This document shows, piece after piece, positions 34,897-43,694 of a stretch of DNA of 64,000 nt. A model generated the notes under the pieces. That model did not search any database. It was not told where the DNA came from and saw nothing but the letters and a program-made list of their open reading frames with translations. The DNA is from an uncultured Lachnospiraceae bacterium (GTDB lineage Bacteria; Bacillota; Clostridia; Lachnospirales; Lachnospiraceae): the NCBI GenBank assembly GCA_902469965.1, contig CABREP010000001.1, positions 26,807 through 90,806 of the forward strand, written 5' to 3'. Each line of letters starts with the position of its first letter. Position 1 is the first letter of the stretch. The position numbers and the translations under genes were made by a program.

Positions 34897-35549
34897 GAGG
34901 ACTGCTGAGAAAAGACTTTTATTATATGAAGGACTACCGGAAGGTGATCCTGATCGTAGTGATTTTTTGCGGGGTGTTTATGGCTACAATGGGGGAGGCC
35001 AGCGTGGCTTTTGGAATGGGCTATGCAACGCTTCTGATGTCCATGGCGGTGCTTAACACCATGTCCTATGATGAGGAAAACCGGGGCATGAGTTTTCTTA
35101 TGGCGCTTCCGGTCAGCCGGACGGATTATGTGAAGGAAAAATATATTTTTGGCTTTCTTATGGGCTTTTGCGGGTGGATCCTGGGGGTTCTCTGGATGAT
35201 CGGAGGAAGCCTCTTCCATTCAGAAAACCCGTTTCAGCTGGAAAATCTGTGGATCAGCCTGGTGTTTCTGGGATTTTTATTTTTGAGTCAGGCAGTCATG
35301 ATACCGATCCAGCTGAAATTCGGAGCGGAAAAAGGCCGCATGATTGTAATCCTTGTGATGATGCTCCTGATTGTGGGAGGCGTGAAGATTGTGGATATCA
35401 TGATGGAAAGCGATATTCTGACGATGGAGAGAATTCAGCTGCTTCTAGAAAATGCTTTTCTTCCGGTGATTCTGGCGGCGGTTATCCTGGCTGTTTACGC
35501 GGCCTCTTTTCTGATCAGTGTTCATATTATGAAGAAAAAAGAATTCTGA
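34893..35549 (+). CDS. ABC-2 family membrane protein (permease partner)
   Basis: 218 aa with 6 hydrophobic segments. It overlaps the ATPase stop by 4 nt. Confidence 0.75.
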   Translation: MRGLLRKDFYYMKDYRKVILIVVIFCGVFMATMGEASVAFGMGYATLLMSMAVLNTMSYDEENRGMSFLMALPVSRTDYVKEKYIFGFLMGFCGWILGVLWMIGGSLFHSENPFQLENLWISLVFLGFLFLSQAVMIPIQLKFGAEKGRMIVILVMMLLIVGGVKIVDIMMESDILTMERIQLLLENAFLPVILAAVILAVYAASFLISVHIMKKKEF

Positions 35550-35587
35550 GAAAAGGACGGGCGGGAAAATATCATAGAAAACAAAAG

Positions 35588-35628
35588 ACAGGTGCGGATG
35601 ACATTTTAGAATCCGCACCTGTTTTTTT
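35588..35628. terminator. Bidirectional rho-independent terminator
   Basis: ACAGGTGCGGAT (35588-35599) pairs with ATCCGCACCTGT (35611-35622), followed by T7. An A-rich run lies on the 5' side. Confidence 0.85.
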
Positions 35629-35629
35629 G

Positions 35630-36007
35630 CTAATAGATGATATATCTCATTGTATACGTTTTCTGAGTTGACGATATGATAATACCTGTCATGATATTGG
35701 GCAGAAGTTTATTTCTTATTTTTACATGTTTCAATATCGATACAAGACGATCGTTTAAATCTTTTGATATTTCATTCTTTGATAAATCCAATGTGTCATA
35801 TACACCGTCTTTTTTATAATCCACACTGATTAATTCTATTTCAGGATTACTGTCGGGAGGAATCAGCTGTTTATTCCTAAAATATAGGAAAGATATTATT
35901 ACAACAGCAATTATTACGAAAAACCTGCTTATCTTTACCTGTATTATATCATATATTTGCAGGCATTGCCATTTCTTTCTGATTTTGAAAAGAACAAATG
36001 TTTGCAT
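35630..36007 (-). CDS. Hypothetical small membrane-anchored protein in a markedly AT-rich island
   Basis: A 125-codon ORF stays open in DNA far more AT-rich than its neighbours, where stop codons should be frequent. It has one hydrophobic helix (FFVIIAVVIISFLYF). No convincing RBS precedes ATG 36007, so the start is uncertain. Confidence 0.45.
   Translation of the reverse strand: MQTFVLFKIRKKWQCLQIYDIIQVKISRFFVIIAVVIISFLYFRNKQLIPPDSNPEIELISVDYKKDGVYDTLDLSKNEISKDLNDRLVSILKHVKIRNKLLPNIMTGIIISSTQKTYTMRYIIY
35992..36003. promoter_or_regulatory. LexA (Cheo/SOS) box candidate, GAAC-N4-GTTT
   Basis: aGAACAAATGTTTg matches the Firmicute consensus core GAACRNRYGTTY. It overlaps the -35 of the promoter upstream of uvrA. 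Confidence 0.6.
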
Positions 36008-36030
36008 GTGAGGGGAGTGCGTGGTATAAT
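36002..36030 (+). promoter_or_regulatory. Sigma-A promoter with extended -10 (TTGCAT-17-TGgTATAAT)
   Basis: The -35 is TTGCAT at 36002-36007. After a 17-nt spacer come TG at 36022-36023 and TATAAT at 36025-36030. Confidence 0.65.
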
Positions 36031-36099
36031 GATTGCACAGGGTGCAATCTAAGGCGGCAGGTGCCGCCTTCCCCCGCCAAAGGCGGGGGGATTATACCA
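36022..36099. other. A 78-nt perfect four-arm inverted-repeat module (closing 9-bp stem plus three 8-bp hairpins)
   Basis: The closing stem is TGGTATAAT/ATTATACCA. The hairpins are GATTGCAC-agg-GTGCAATC, AAGGCGGC-aggt-GCCGCCTT and CCCCCGCC-aaa-GGCGGGGG. All 33 pairs are Watson-Crick and only 2 junction nucleotides are unpaired. Its function is unknown. Confidence 0.6.
36023..36044 (+). repeat. Direct repeat copy 1 (GGTATAATGATTGCACAGGGTG)
   Basis: It is 21/22 identical to 36158-36179. Confidence 0.9.
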
Positions 36100-36157
36100 G
36101 AAGAGCCCCGGCTTGAAAAGTAAATGTCCGATGGGACGCTTCCTTTTCTGCGCGCGG

Positions 36158-36179
36158 GGTATAATGACTGCACAGGGTG
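36158..36179 (+). repeat. Direct repeat copy 2 (GGTATAATGACTGCACAGGGTG)
   Basis: It is 21/22 identical to 36023-36044 and lies 40 nt upstream of the uvrA ATG. It has no good -35 and no LexA box. Confidence 0.9.
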
Positions 36180-36218
36180 GTAAGCTATTAATTATCAGGA
36201 AGAAACAGAGGAAATAGA

Positions 36219-39047
36219 ATGGAAAAAGAAAAACAGTTTATTAAAATCCGGGGGGCAAGAGAAAATAATCTGAAGAACCTGAATGTGGATATTCCGAGAA
36301 ATGAGCTTGTGGTTCTGACGGGGCTTTCCGGATCAGGAAAAAGCTCGCTGGCTTTTGATACGATTTATGCGGAGGGACAGCGGCGCTATATGGAAAGTCT
36401 GTCTTCTTATGCCAGACAGTTTCTGGGACAAATGGAAAAACCGGATGTGGACTCGATAGAAGGCCTTTCTCCGGCAATTTCCATCGATCAGAAATCTACC
36501 AACAGAAATCCCAGATCGACGGTGGGAACTGTGACGGAGATTTACGATTATTTCCGTCTTCTTTACGCCCGGATCGGAATCCCCCACTGTCCGAAATGCG
36601 GCCGGGAGATTTCAAAGCAGTCGGTGGATCAGATGGTAGATCAGATTATGAGCCTTCCGGAACGGACGAAGGTTCAGCTTCTGGCTCCTGTAGTGCGGGG
36701 ACGGAAAGGGCGCCATGAGAAGCTGCTGGAGCAGGCAAGAAAAAGCGGTTATGTCCGGGTGATGATCGACGGCAGCCTGTATGAGCTTTCCGAGGAAATT
36801 CAGCTGGACAAAAATATCAAGCATAATATTGAAATCGTGGTGGATCGCCTCGTGATAAAAGACGGGATTCAGAAGCGGCTTACCGATTCTGTGGAGAGCG
36901 TGCTGAGCCTGTCGGAGGGGCTGTTGATTGTAGATACGATGGACGGGGGAACGCTGACTTTCAGTCAGAGTTTTTCCTGTCCGGACTGCGGGATCAGCAT
37001 TGATGAGATCGAACCGAGAAGCTTTTCCTTTAATAATCCTTTCGGAGCCTGCCCCTGCTGTGCAGGCCTGGGATATAAGATGGAGTTTGATGAAGATCTT
37101 ATGATTCCGGATAAGAGCAAGAGTATTGAAGAGGGAGCTATCGTGGTGATGGGCTGGCAGTCCTGCAGCACAAAAGGCAGCTTTACCCGGGCGATTCTGG
37201 ATGCGCTGGCGGAGGAATATCATTTTTCCCTGTCCGTTCCCTTTGAGGAATATCCCCGGGAGATTCAGAATATTCTGATCAACGGAACCGGCGGACATGA
37301 GGTAAAAGTTCACTATAAAGGGCAGCGGGGAGAAGGCATCTATGATGTGGCCTTTGAAGGGCTTGTCAGAAATGTGGAGCGGAAGTACCGGGAAACCGGG
37401 TCGGAGATTATCAAAGCAGAGTATGAGACCTTTATGCGGATCACACCCTGCCCGGAATGTAAAGGAAAAAGGCTGAAGCCGGAGTCTCTGGCGGTAACGG
37501 TGGGAGATCGGAATATTTATGAGGCGACCTCCATGTCTATTCTGAATCTGCAGGAATTCCTGCAAAATCTCCGCCTTACTGCGACACAGGAGGCGATCGG
37601 CCACCAGATTTTGAAGGAAATCCGTGCAAGAGTGGGCTTCCTGGTGGATGTGGGACTGGATTATCTGTCGTTATCCCGGGGAACGGCTTCGCTTTCAGGC
37701 GGTGAGGCACAGAGGATCCGCCTGGCAACGCAGATTGGATCTGGTCTGGTGGGAGTGGCTTATATTCTGGATGAGCCCAGCATTGGCCTGCATCAGAGGG
37801 ACAACGATAAGCTGCTGAAGACGCTGTGCCACTTAAGGGATCTGGGCAATTCCCTGATTGTCGTGGAACACGATGAGGATACTATGCGGGCGGCCGACTG
37901 TATCGTAGATATAGGACCGGGTGCGGGAGAGCATGGAGGCCGTCTGGTGGCGATGGGAACAGCGGAAGAGCTGATGAAAAATCCCGATTCTGTTACGGGG
38001 GCTTTCCTGAGCGGAAGAGAGAACATTCCCGTGCCGAAAGAGAGAAGAAAGCCCACGGGCAGACTGGTGATCAAGGGAGCGGCGGAAAATAATCTGAAAA
38101 ATATCGATGTGGAGATTCCTCTGGGAGTGGTAACCTGTGTGACCGGTGTTTCCGGGTCAGGAAAGAGTTCTCTGATCAATGAGATTCTGTACAAGAAGTT
38201 GGCGCGGGAGCTGAACCATGCAAGGACGATTCCGGGAAAACATAAAAAGATTCTGGGAATAGAGCAGCTGGACAAGGTTATTGATATTGATCAGTCTCCG
38301 ATCGGAAGAACACCCAGATCCAATCCGGCTACGTATACAGGAGTTTTTGACTTGATCCGGGATCTTTTTGCAGCGACGGCAGATGCAAAGGCCAGAGGAT
38401 ACAAAAAGGGAAGATTCAGTTTCAATATCAAGGGCGGACGCTGCGAAGCCTGTGCCGGAGATGGAATACTGAAGATTGAGATGCATTTTCTCCCGGATGT
38501 GTATGTACCCTGTGAGGTTTGTCAGGGAAAGCGGTATAATCGGGAGACCCTGGAAGTAAAATATAAGGGGAAGAGCATCTATGATGTGCTGAACATGCGG
38601 GTGGAAGAAGCGGTTGAGTTTTTTGCACCGGTTCCTTCTATAAAAAGAAAGATTGAGACGCTCAATGATGTGGGACTTTCGTATCTGAAACTGGGACAGC
38701 CTTCCACGGAGCTGTCCGGAGGAGAAGCCCAGAGGGTCAAGCTGGCGACAGAACTGAGCAGAAGAAGTACGGGAAAAACGATTTATATCCTGGATGAACC
38801 CACCACGGGACTTCATTTTGCGGATGTGAAGAAACTGGTGGAGATCCTGCACCGGCTTGCGGAGGGAGGCAATACGGTGGTGGTGATCGAGCACAATCTG
38901 GATGTGATCAAGACAGCGGATTATCTGATCGATCTGGGACCGGAAGGCGGAGACGGCGGAGGTACGCTGGTGGCCTGCGGCACACCGGAGGAGGTGGCGG
39001 AGAATCCCGCTTCCTATACCGGAAAATACGTGAAAAAATATCTTTAA
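36219..39047 (+). CDS. uvrA: Excinuclease ABC subunit A
   Basis: 942 aa with [14 protein letters not shown]..., two ABC modules ([12 protein letters not shown] and [10 protein letters not shown]) and zinc-finger CxxC pairs. Confidence 0.98.
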   Translation: MEKEKQFIKIRGARENNLKNLNVDIPRNELVVLTGLSGSGKSSLAFDTIYAEGQRRYMESLSSYARQFLGQMEKPDVDSIEGLSPAISIDQKSTNRNPRSTVGTVTEIYDYFRLLYARIGIPHCPKCGREISKQSVDQMVDQIMSLPERTKVQLLAPVVRGRKGRHEKLLEQARKSGYVRVMIDGSLYELSEEIQLDKNIKHNIEIVVDRLVIKDGIQKRLTDSVESVLSLSEGLLIVDTMDGGTLTFSQSFSCPDCGISIDEIEPRSFSFNNPFGACPCCAGLGYKMEFDEDLMIPDKSKSIEEGAIVVMGWQSCSTKGSFTRAILDALAEEYHFSLSVPFEEYPREIQNILINGTGGHEVKVHYKGQRGEGIYDVAFEGLVRNVERKYRETGSEIIKAEYETFMRITPCPECKGKRLKPESLAVTVGDRNIYEATSMSILNLQEFLQNLRLTATQEAIGHQILKEIRARVGFLVDVGLDYLSLSRGTASLSGGEAQRIRLATQIGSGLVGVAYILDEPSIGLHQRDNDKLLKTLCHLRDLGNSLIVVEHDEDTMRAADCIVDIGPGAGEHGGRLVAMGTAEELMKNPDSVTGAFLSGRENIPVPKERRKPTGRLVIKGAAENNLKNIDVEIPLGVVTCVTGVSGSGKSSLINEILYKKLARELNHARTIPGKHKKILGIEQLDKVIDIDQSPIGRTPRSNPATYTGVFDLIRDLFAATADAKARGYKKGRFSFNIKGGRCEACAGDGILKIEMHFLPDVYVPCEVCQGKRYNRETLEVKYKGKSIYDVLNMRVEEAVEFFAPVPSIKRKIETLNDVGLSYLKLGQPSTELSGGEAQRVKLATELSRRSTGKTIYILDEPTTGLHFADVKKLVEILHRLAEGGNTVVVIEHNLDVIKTADYLIDLGPEGGDGGGTLVACGTPEEVAENPASYTGKYVKKYL

Positions 39048-39115
39048 AACGGTTTCCAACTGCGCGCCAGGTGGTATATAATGGAACCCAGAAAGTAAGG
39101 GAAAGGGGAGTATAT

Positions 39116-40105
39116 ATGGCATCCACAGATATAGGAATTGATTTGGGAACAGCCAGCATTCTGGTTTATGTGAAGGGGAAGGGTGTTGTGCTGAAAGAGC
39201 CATCCGTGGTGGCATATGATAAGGACTCCGATAGGATCAAAGCAATCGGTGAAGAGGCACGGCAGATGATCGGAAGGACGCCGGGAAATATTATGGCGAT
39301 CCGTCCGCTGCGCAAAGGGGTAATTTCTGACTATACGATTACAGAGCGAATGCTGAAATATTTTATTCAGAAAGCTATGGGGCGCCGGGCTTTTCGCAAG
39401 CCCAGAATCAGCATCTGTGTCCCCAGCGGAGTGACAGAGGTGGAGAGAAAGGCAGTGGAGGAGGCCACTTACCAGGCGGGAGCCAGGGAAGTTTTCCTGA
39501 TCGAAGAGCCGATCGCGGCGGCGATCGGTTCCGGCATTGACATCACACGCCCCTGTGGGAGCATGGTTGTGGACATTGGCGGAGGAACTACGGATATTGC
39601 CATCATCTCTCTGGGGGGGACGGTGGTGTCCCAGTCCGTCCGGCTGGCAGGAAATGATTTTGACGAGGCGATCATCCGCTATGTGAGAAAAGCGCACAAT
39701 CTTTTTATCGGAGAGCAGACAGCCGAAGCGGTTAAGATCCGGCTGGGAAGTGTTTATCCCAGACCACAGACGGAGACTATGGAGATAAAGGGGAGAAATG
39801 TGATCACAGGGCTTCCCAAGACGGCAGTGCTTACTTCGGAAGAGATCCGCGAGGCGCTTAAGGATGTGATGGGTCAGATCCTGGAAGCGATCCACAGCGT
39901 TCTGGAAAAAACACCGCCGGAGCTGGCCGCTGATGTGGTGGAGAGAGGAATTGTTCTCACGGGAGGAGGAGCACTCCTGCGCGGACTGGAAGAGCTGATT
40001 GGAGAGCACACGGGAATCAATACGATGACGGCAGAGAACCCGGCGTGTGCTGTGGCTGTCGGTACCGGGGAATATGCGGATATGATGGCCAGGCTGGAGG
40101 GATAA
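39116..40105 (+). CDS. mreB: Rod shape-determining actin homolog MreB/Mbl
   Basis: It has DIGIDLGTASILVYVKGKG...EPIAAAIG...VDIGGGTTD motifs. ATG 39116 follows a GGAAAGGGGAG RBS. Confidence 0.9.
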   Translation: MASTDIGIDLGTASILVYVKGKGVVLKEPSVVAYDKDSDRIKAIGEEARQMIGRTPGNIMAIRPLRKGVISDYTITERMLKYFIQKAMGRRAFRKPRISICVPSGVTEVERKAVEEATYQAGAREVFLIEEPIAAAIGSGIDITRPCGSMVVDIGGGTTDIAIISLGGTVVSQSVRLAGNDFDEAIIRYVRKAHNLFIGEQTAEAVKIRLGSVYPRPQTETMEIKGRNVITGLPKTAVLTSEEIREALKDVMGQILEAIHSVLEKTPPELAADVVERGIVLTGGGALLRGLEELIGEHTGINTMTAENPACAVAVGTGEYADMMARLEG

Positions 40106-42346
40106 ATGCAGGAGCTACAGGAAGTTACGATAGAGGGATATGTGGATCATATCATATTCCGGAATGAGGAGAATGGCTATACCGTTCTTAATCTGATGTG
40201 CGACGGGGAAGAGATGACCTGCGTGGGGATGTTTCCTTATTTGTCGGAAGGGGAGATGATCCAGGCCAAAGGCGGCTATGTGGAACACGCCTCTTATGGA
40301 AAGCAGTTTAAAGTGTCTTCCTATGAGACGAAAGTTCCGGAAGACGCAGTTGCTATAGAACGTTATCTGGGAAGCGGCGCAGTGAAGGGAGTGGGCTCTG
40401 CCCTGGCGGCCAGGATTGTCCGGTGCTTTGGAGAAGACACTCTGCGCATTATGGAGGAAGAGCCGGAGCGCCTGGCTGAGATCAAGGGAATCAGTCCGAG
40501 GAAGGCGCAGGAGATTGCGGTGCAGGTAGAAGGAAAGGCAGAAATGCGGAACGCGATGATCTTTCTTCAGCAGTACGGAATCTCAGTTTCTCTCGGTATG
40601 AAGATCTATAACAGGTATGGCGCCAGAATGTACCGGATTCTTCAGGAGAATCCTTACCAGATGGCGGAAGATCTGGAAGGAGTGGGATTTAAGATTGCAG
40701 ACGAGATTGCGTCGAAGATCGGGATTCATACAGATTCAGATTATCGGATCCGAAGCGGTCTTTTCTATGTGCTGACGCAGGCGTCCGGGGAGGGGCATAT
40801 GTTCCTGCCTCAGCATGAGCTGCTCCGCCGGGCATCCGTCCTTCTGGGGGTGGAGCCGGAGCGCATGGAGAAGCATGTGATGGATCTAGCTATGGACGGA
40901 AAAGTGGTGGTCAAAGAACTTTTCCGGGGAGAAGAGCCGGTTCCAGTGGTATATGCGGGAAAGAACTATCAGCTGGAGATCAGTACAGCCCGCATGCTGA
41001 AGGATCTGGATCTGAAAAATGACGAGCCGGCAGAGAGGATCGAGAAACGCCTTTCCCAGGTGGAAGAGGGCAGCAGGCTCATTCTGGATGAGATGCAGAG
41101 GCAGGCGGTGATAGAGTCTGTGCGCAACGGAGTTCTGGTGCTGACGGGAGGACCCGGAACCGGAAAGACAACCACCATCAATGCCATGATCTCTTATTTT
41201 GAATCGGCAGGGCTGGAGATTCTGCTGGCCGCACCCACGGGACGGGCAGCCAAAAGAATGACGGAAGCTACCGGTTATGAGGCGAAAACGATACATAGGC
41301 TGCTGGAACTGTCAGGCGGTGTGGAAGATGAAGGCGGACCGGTTCACTTTGAGCGGAATCAGGAGAATCCTCTGGAAGCCGATGTGATCATTATCGATGA
41401 AATGTCTATGGTTGATATTTATCTGATGCATGCGCTGCTGCTGGCAGTCAGCGTAGGGACCCGTCTGGTTCTGGTAGGAGATGTGAATCAGCTGCCCAGC
41501 GTGGGACCGGGCAGTGTCCTGAAGGATATTATTAATTCCGGTGTTTTCTGTGTGGTGGAGCTGAATAAAATTTTCCGCCAGGCCACGGAGAGCGATATTG
41601 TGGTAAATGCTCATAAGATAAACAGAGGAGAACCGGTCAGTCTGGATAACAAGAGCATGGATTTTTTCTTCCTGAAACGGTATGATGCCACTATCATTAT
41701 CCGGGTGGTAATTGCCCTGATTCAGCAGAAGCTTCCCCGGTTTGTGGATGCAGGGCCGCTGGATATCCAGGTGATGACGCCTATGAGGAAGGGGCTTCTG
41801 GGCGTGGAGCGGTTAAATGAGATTTTGCAGCATTATCTGAATCCTCCGGCTAAAAATAAAAAAGAAAGAGAGACGGCCGGGGGAAAGTTCCGGGAAGGTG
41901 ATAAGGTCATGCAGATCCGGAATAACTATCAGCTGGAGTGGGAGATCTGTGACAAATATGATATTCCGGTAGAAAAGGGAGTGGGGGTCTTCAATGGAGA
42001 CATGGGAATCCTGCGGGAGATCAACACATTTTCCGAGACGGCCCGTGTGGAATTCGAGGACAGGCGCTTTGTGGAATATACTTTTAAGCAGCTGGAAGAG
42101 CTGGAACTGGCTTATGCGATCACGATCCACAAAGCACAGGGAAGCGAGTATCCGGCGGTGGTGATCCCTCTTCTTTCCGGGCCGCGCATGCTGATGAACC
42201 GGAATCTGATCTACACGGCGGTGACCAGGGCAAAGAAATGTGTTACCCTGGTGGGAGATGAGAAGGCTTTTTTTGATATGGTCAGCAATAAGACAGAGCA
42301 GAGCCGGTATACTACACTGAGGCAGAGACTTCAGGAACTTTCCTGA
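40106..42346 (+). CDS. recD2: SF1B ATP-dependent RecD-like DNA helicase (RecD2)
   Basis: 746 aa with an N-terminal IFRNEENGYTVL OB-like module, HhH repeats, Walker A GGPGTGKTT and a C-terminal AITIHKAQGSEY. The ATG abuts the mreB stop (TAAATG). Confidence 0.9.
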   Translation: MQELQEVTIEGYVDHIIFRNEENGYTVLNLMCDGEEMTCVGMFPYLSEGEMIQAKGGYVEHASYGKQFKVSSYETKVPEDAVAIERYLGSGAVKGVGSALAARIVRCFGEDTLRIMEEEPERLAEIKGISPRKAQEIAVQVEGKAEMRNAMIFLQQYGISVSLGMKIYNRYGARMYRILQENPYQMAEDLEGVGFKIADEIASKIGIHTDSDYRIRSGLFYVLTQASGEGHMFLPQHELLRRASVLLGVEPERMEKHVMDLAMDGKVVVKELFRGEEPVPVVYAGKNYQLEISTARMLKDLDLKNDEPAERIEKRLSQVEEGSRLILDEMQRQAVIESVRNGVLVLTGGPGTGKTTTINAMISYFESAGLEILLAAPTGRAAKRMTEATGYEAKTIHRLLELSGGVEDEGGPVHFERNQENPLEADVIIIDEMSMVDIYLMHALLLAVSVGTRLVLVGDVNQLPSVGPGSVLKDIINSGVFCVVELNKIFRQATESDIVVNAHKINRGEPVSLDNKSMDFFFLKRYDATIIIRVVIALIQQKLPRFVDAGPLDIQVMTPMRKGLLGVERLNEILQHYLNPPAKNKKERETAGGKFREGDKVMQIRNNYQLEWEICDKYDIPVEKGVGVFNGDMGILREINTFSETARVEFEDRRFVEYTFKQLEELELAYAITIHKAQGSEYPAVVIPLLSGPRMLMNRNLIYTAVTRAKKCVTLVGDEKAFFDMVSNKTEQSRYTTLRQRLQELS

Positions 42347-42385
42347 AAGAAGAGGTAAGATTTCATCGGGGAGAAAGGATGAAAT

Positions 42386-43126
42386 TTGGCAGAGAGAGCG
42401 GTAAAAAAATGGATAAAAGGGGCGGCGGCAGGCCTGACAGATCTTCTGTATCCTCCCAGATGTCCCCTGTGCGGCGATATTCTGACAGGGCGGCAGACTG
42501 CCTGCTCGGACTGCCTGAAAAAAGAACAGCCGATCCGGGAACCGCGCTGTAAAAAATGCGGGAAGGCTTTGCGGAAAGAAGAACAGGAGTACTGTGAAGA
42601 CTGCGAAAAGAGGAAGCATCTCTACACGGAAGGAAGAGGGATTTTTCCCTATCAGGGAGGAATGAAGAAGGCGCTTCTGGATCTGAAATATCAGGGAAAA
42701 CGGGAAAATGCCCTGTTTCTGGGGCGGGCTTTGGCGAATCTGGGCAGAAAGGATGTGCTCAGATGGAGGCCGGAGGTGGTCATTCCGGTGCCGGTGCACC
42801 GGAAAAGGAGAAAAGAGCGGGGGTATAATCAGGCGGAGCTTCTGGCCAGGATCTGTGCCGAAGCCTGGGGGATACCGATGGACAGTCAGGCGGTGGTCCG
42901 GACGCACAGGACAAAAGCGCAGAAAAACCTGGATCCGAAAGAACGGAGAAAAAATCTTGCCAGTGCTTTTGGAGCGGGAAAGAGCAGAAAGAATTATAAA
43001 AATATACTGATCATTGATGACATTTATACTACGGGAAGCACGCTGGACGGAGTTTCCCGGGTCCTCCTGAAACAGGGGGCGGAACACATCTATTTTCTTA
43101 CGGTTTGCATTGGAACCGGTATCTGA
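42386..43126 (+). CDS. comFC: ComF family protein (ComFC; zinc-finger plus phosphoribosyltransferase fold)
   Basis: It has CPLCG...CSDC...CKKCG...CEDC cysteine pairs and the PRT motif ILIIDDIYTTGST. The start is TTG. Confidence 0.85.
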   Translation: MAERAVKKWIKGAAAGLTDLLYPPRCPLCGDILTGRQTACSDCLKKEQPIREPRCKKCGKALRKEEQEYCEDCEKRKHLYTEGRGIFPYQGGMKKALLDLKYQGKRENALFLGRALANLGRKDVLRWRPEVVIPVPVHRKRRKERGYNQAELLARICAEAWGIPMDSQAVVRTHRTKAQKNLDPKERRKNLASAFGAGKSRKNYKNILIIDDIYTTGSTLDGVSRVLLKQGAEHIYFLTVCIGTGI

Positions 43127-43244
43127 GTCAGCACACAATCCCATCAATTGTTACAAAAATTCCTTTAATTACTTTTCAGACAGGGAGAACTATGGTACAA
43201 TAACTTATTATGAGTAGAAGAATGCCCTTTTAAAGGAGAGAAGT

Positions 43245-43694
43245 ATGGTAGATGAAAGAAAGGTCAGACTGATGACCAGACTGGCCCGCTACGAGCAGAG
43301 GGAAGGCAGAGAAGCGCTGCGGATTAATAAGTTTTACCGGAGTGATTATATCGGCCTGGCACTCCTGCGGAATTTTTTTATGACTACGATCGGCTACGGT
43401 CTTCTTGTGCTTCTGGTCGTGGGATATTATTCGGATTACCTGATGGATTACATTTACAAGATGGATCTGCAGGTTTTTGCGGTGGTGCTGGTTGCGGGTT
43501 ATGTGGTAGTTCTGGCAGCATATTCGGCAGTGACCTACGTGGTATACTCAATCCGGCATGCCAGAGCAAAAAAAAGTGTCAGATCCTACTATCTGAAACT
43601 GGGTGAACTGGAGAAAATGACCCGGGGAACCATAGAAAAGCAGAGAAAAACAGGGGAGAAGACGGAAGGAGAACGGTATGACGATGCTGGTTGA
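43245..43694 (+). CDS. Hypothetical membrane protein (2 TM)
   Basis: 149 aa with an AAAGGAGAGAAG RBS, a basic N-terminus, two hydrophobic helices and a charged tail. It overlaps the next ORF by 17 nt. Confidence 0.6.
   Translation: MVDERKVRLMTRLARYEQREGREALRINKFYRSDYIGLALLRNFFMTTIGYGLLVLLVVGYYSDYLMDYIYKMDLQVFAVVLVAGYVVVLAAYSAVTYVVYSIRHARAKKSVRSYYLKLGELEKMTRGTIEKQRKTGEKTEGERYDDAG

Noticed and set aside
36022-36099. Considered calling the 78-nt four-arm module a tRNA or tRNA-like gene.
   Set aside because: The arms are 8-9 bp with 3-4 nt loops. There is no 7-nt anticodon loop, no T-loop GTTCRANNC, no D-loop conserved G's and no discriminator/CCA context. The topology is cloverleaf-like but it is not a tRNA.
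36124-36183. A 19-codon upstream ORF (MSDGTLPFLRAGYNDCTGW) in the uvrA leader.
   Set aside because: It has only a weak RBS (GAAAAG) and no supporting features. Its existence depends on which promoter copy is used, so it is not reportable as a gene.
36612-40009. Minus-strand ORFs 36612-37604, 38157-39215 and 39044-40009 (321-352 aa each).
   Set aside because: They are antisense to uvrA and mreB, which are near-certain calls. These are shadow ORFs.
41813-43147. A 444-aa minus-strand ORF.
   Set aside because: It is antisense to the recD2 3' end and comFC. It is low complexity and has no RBS.
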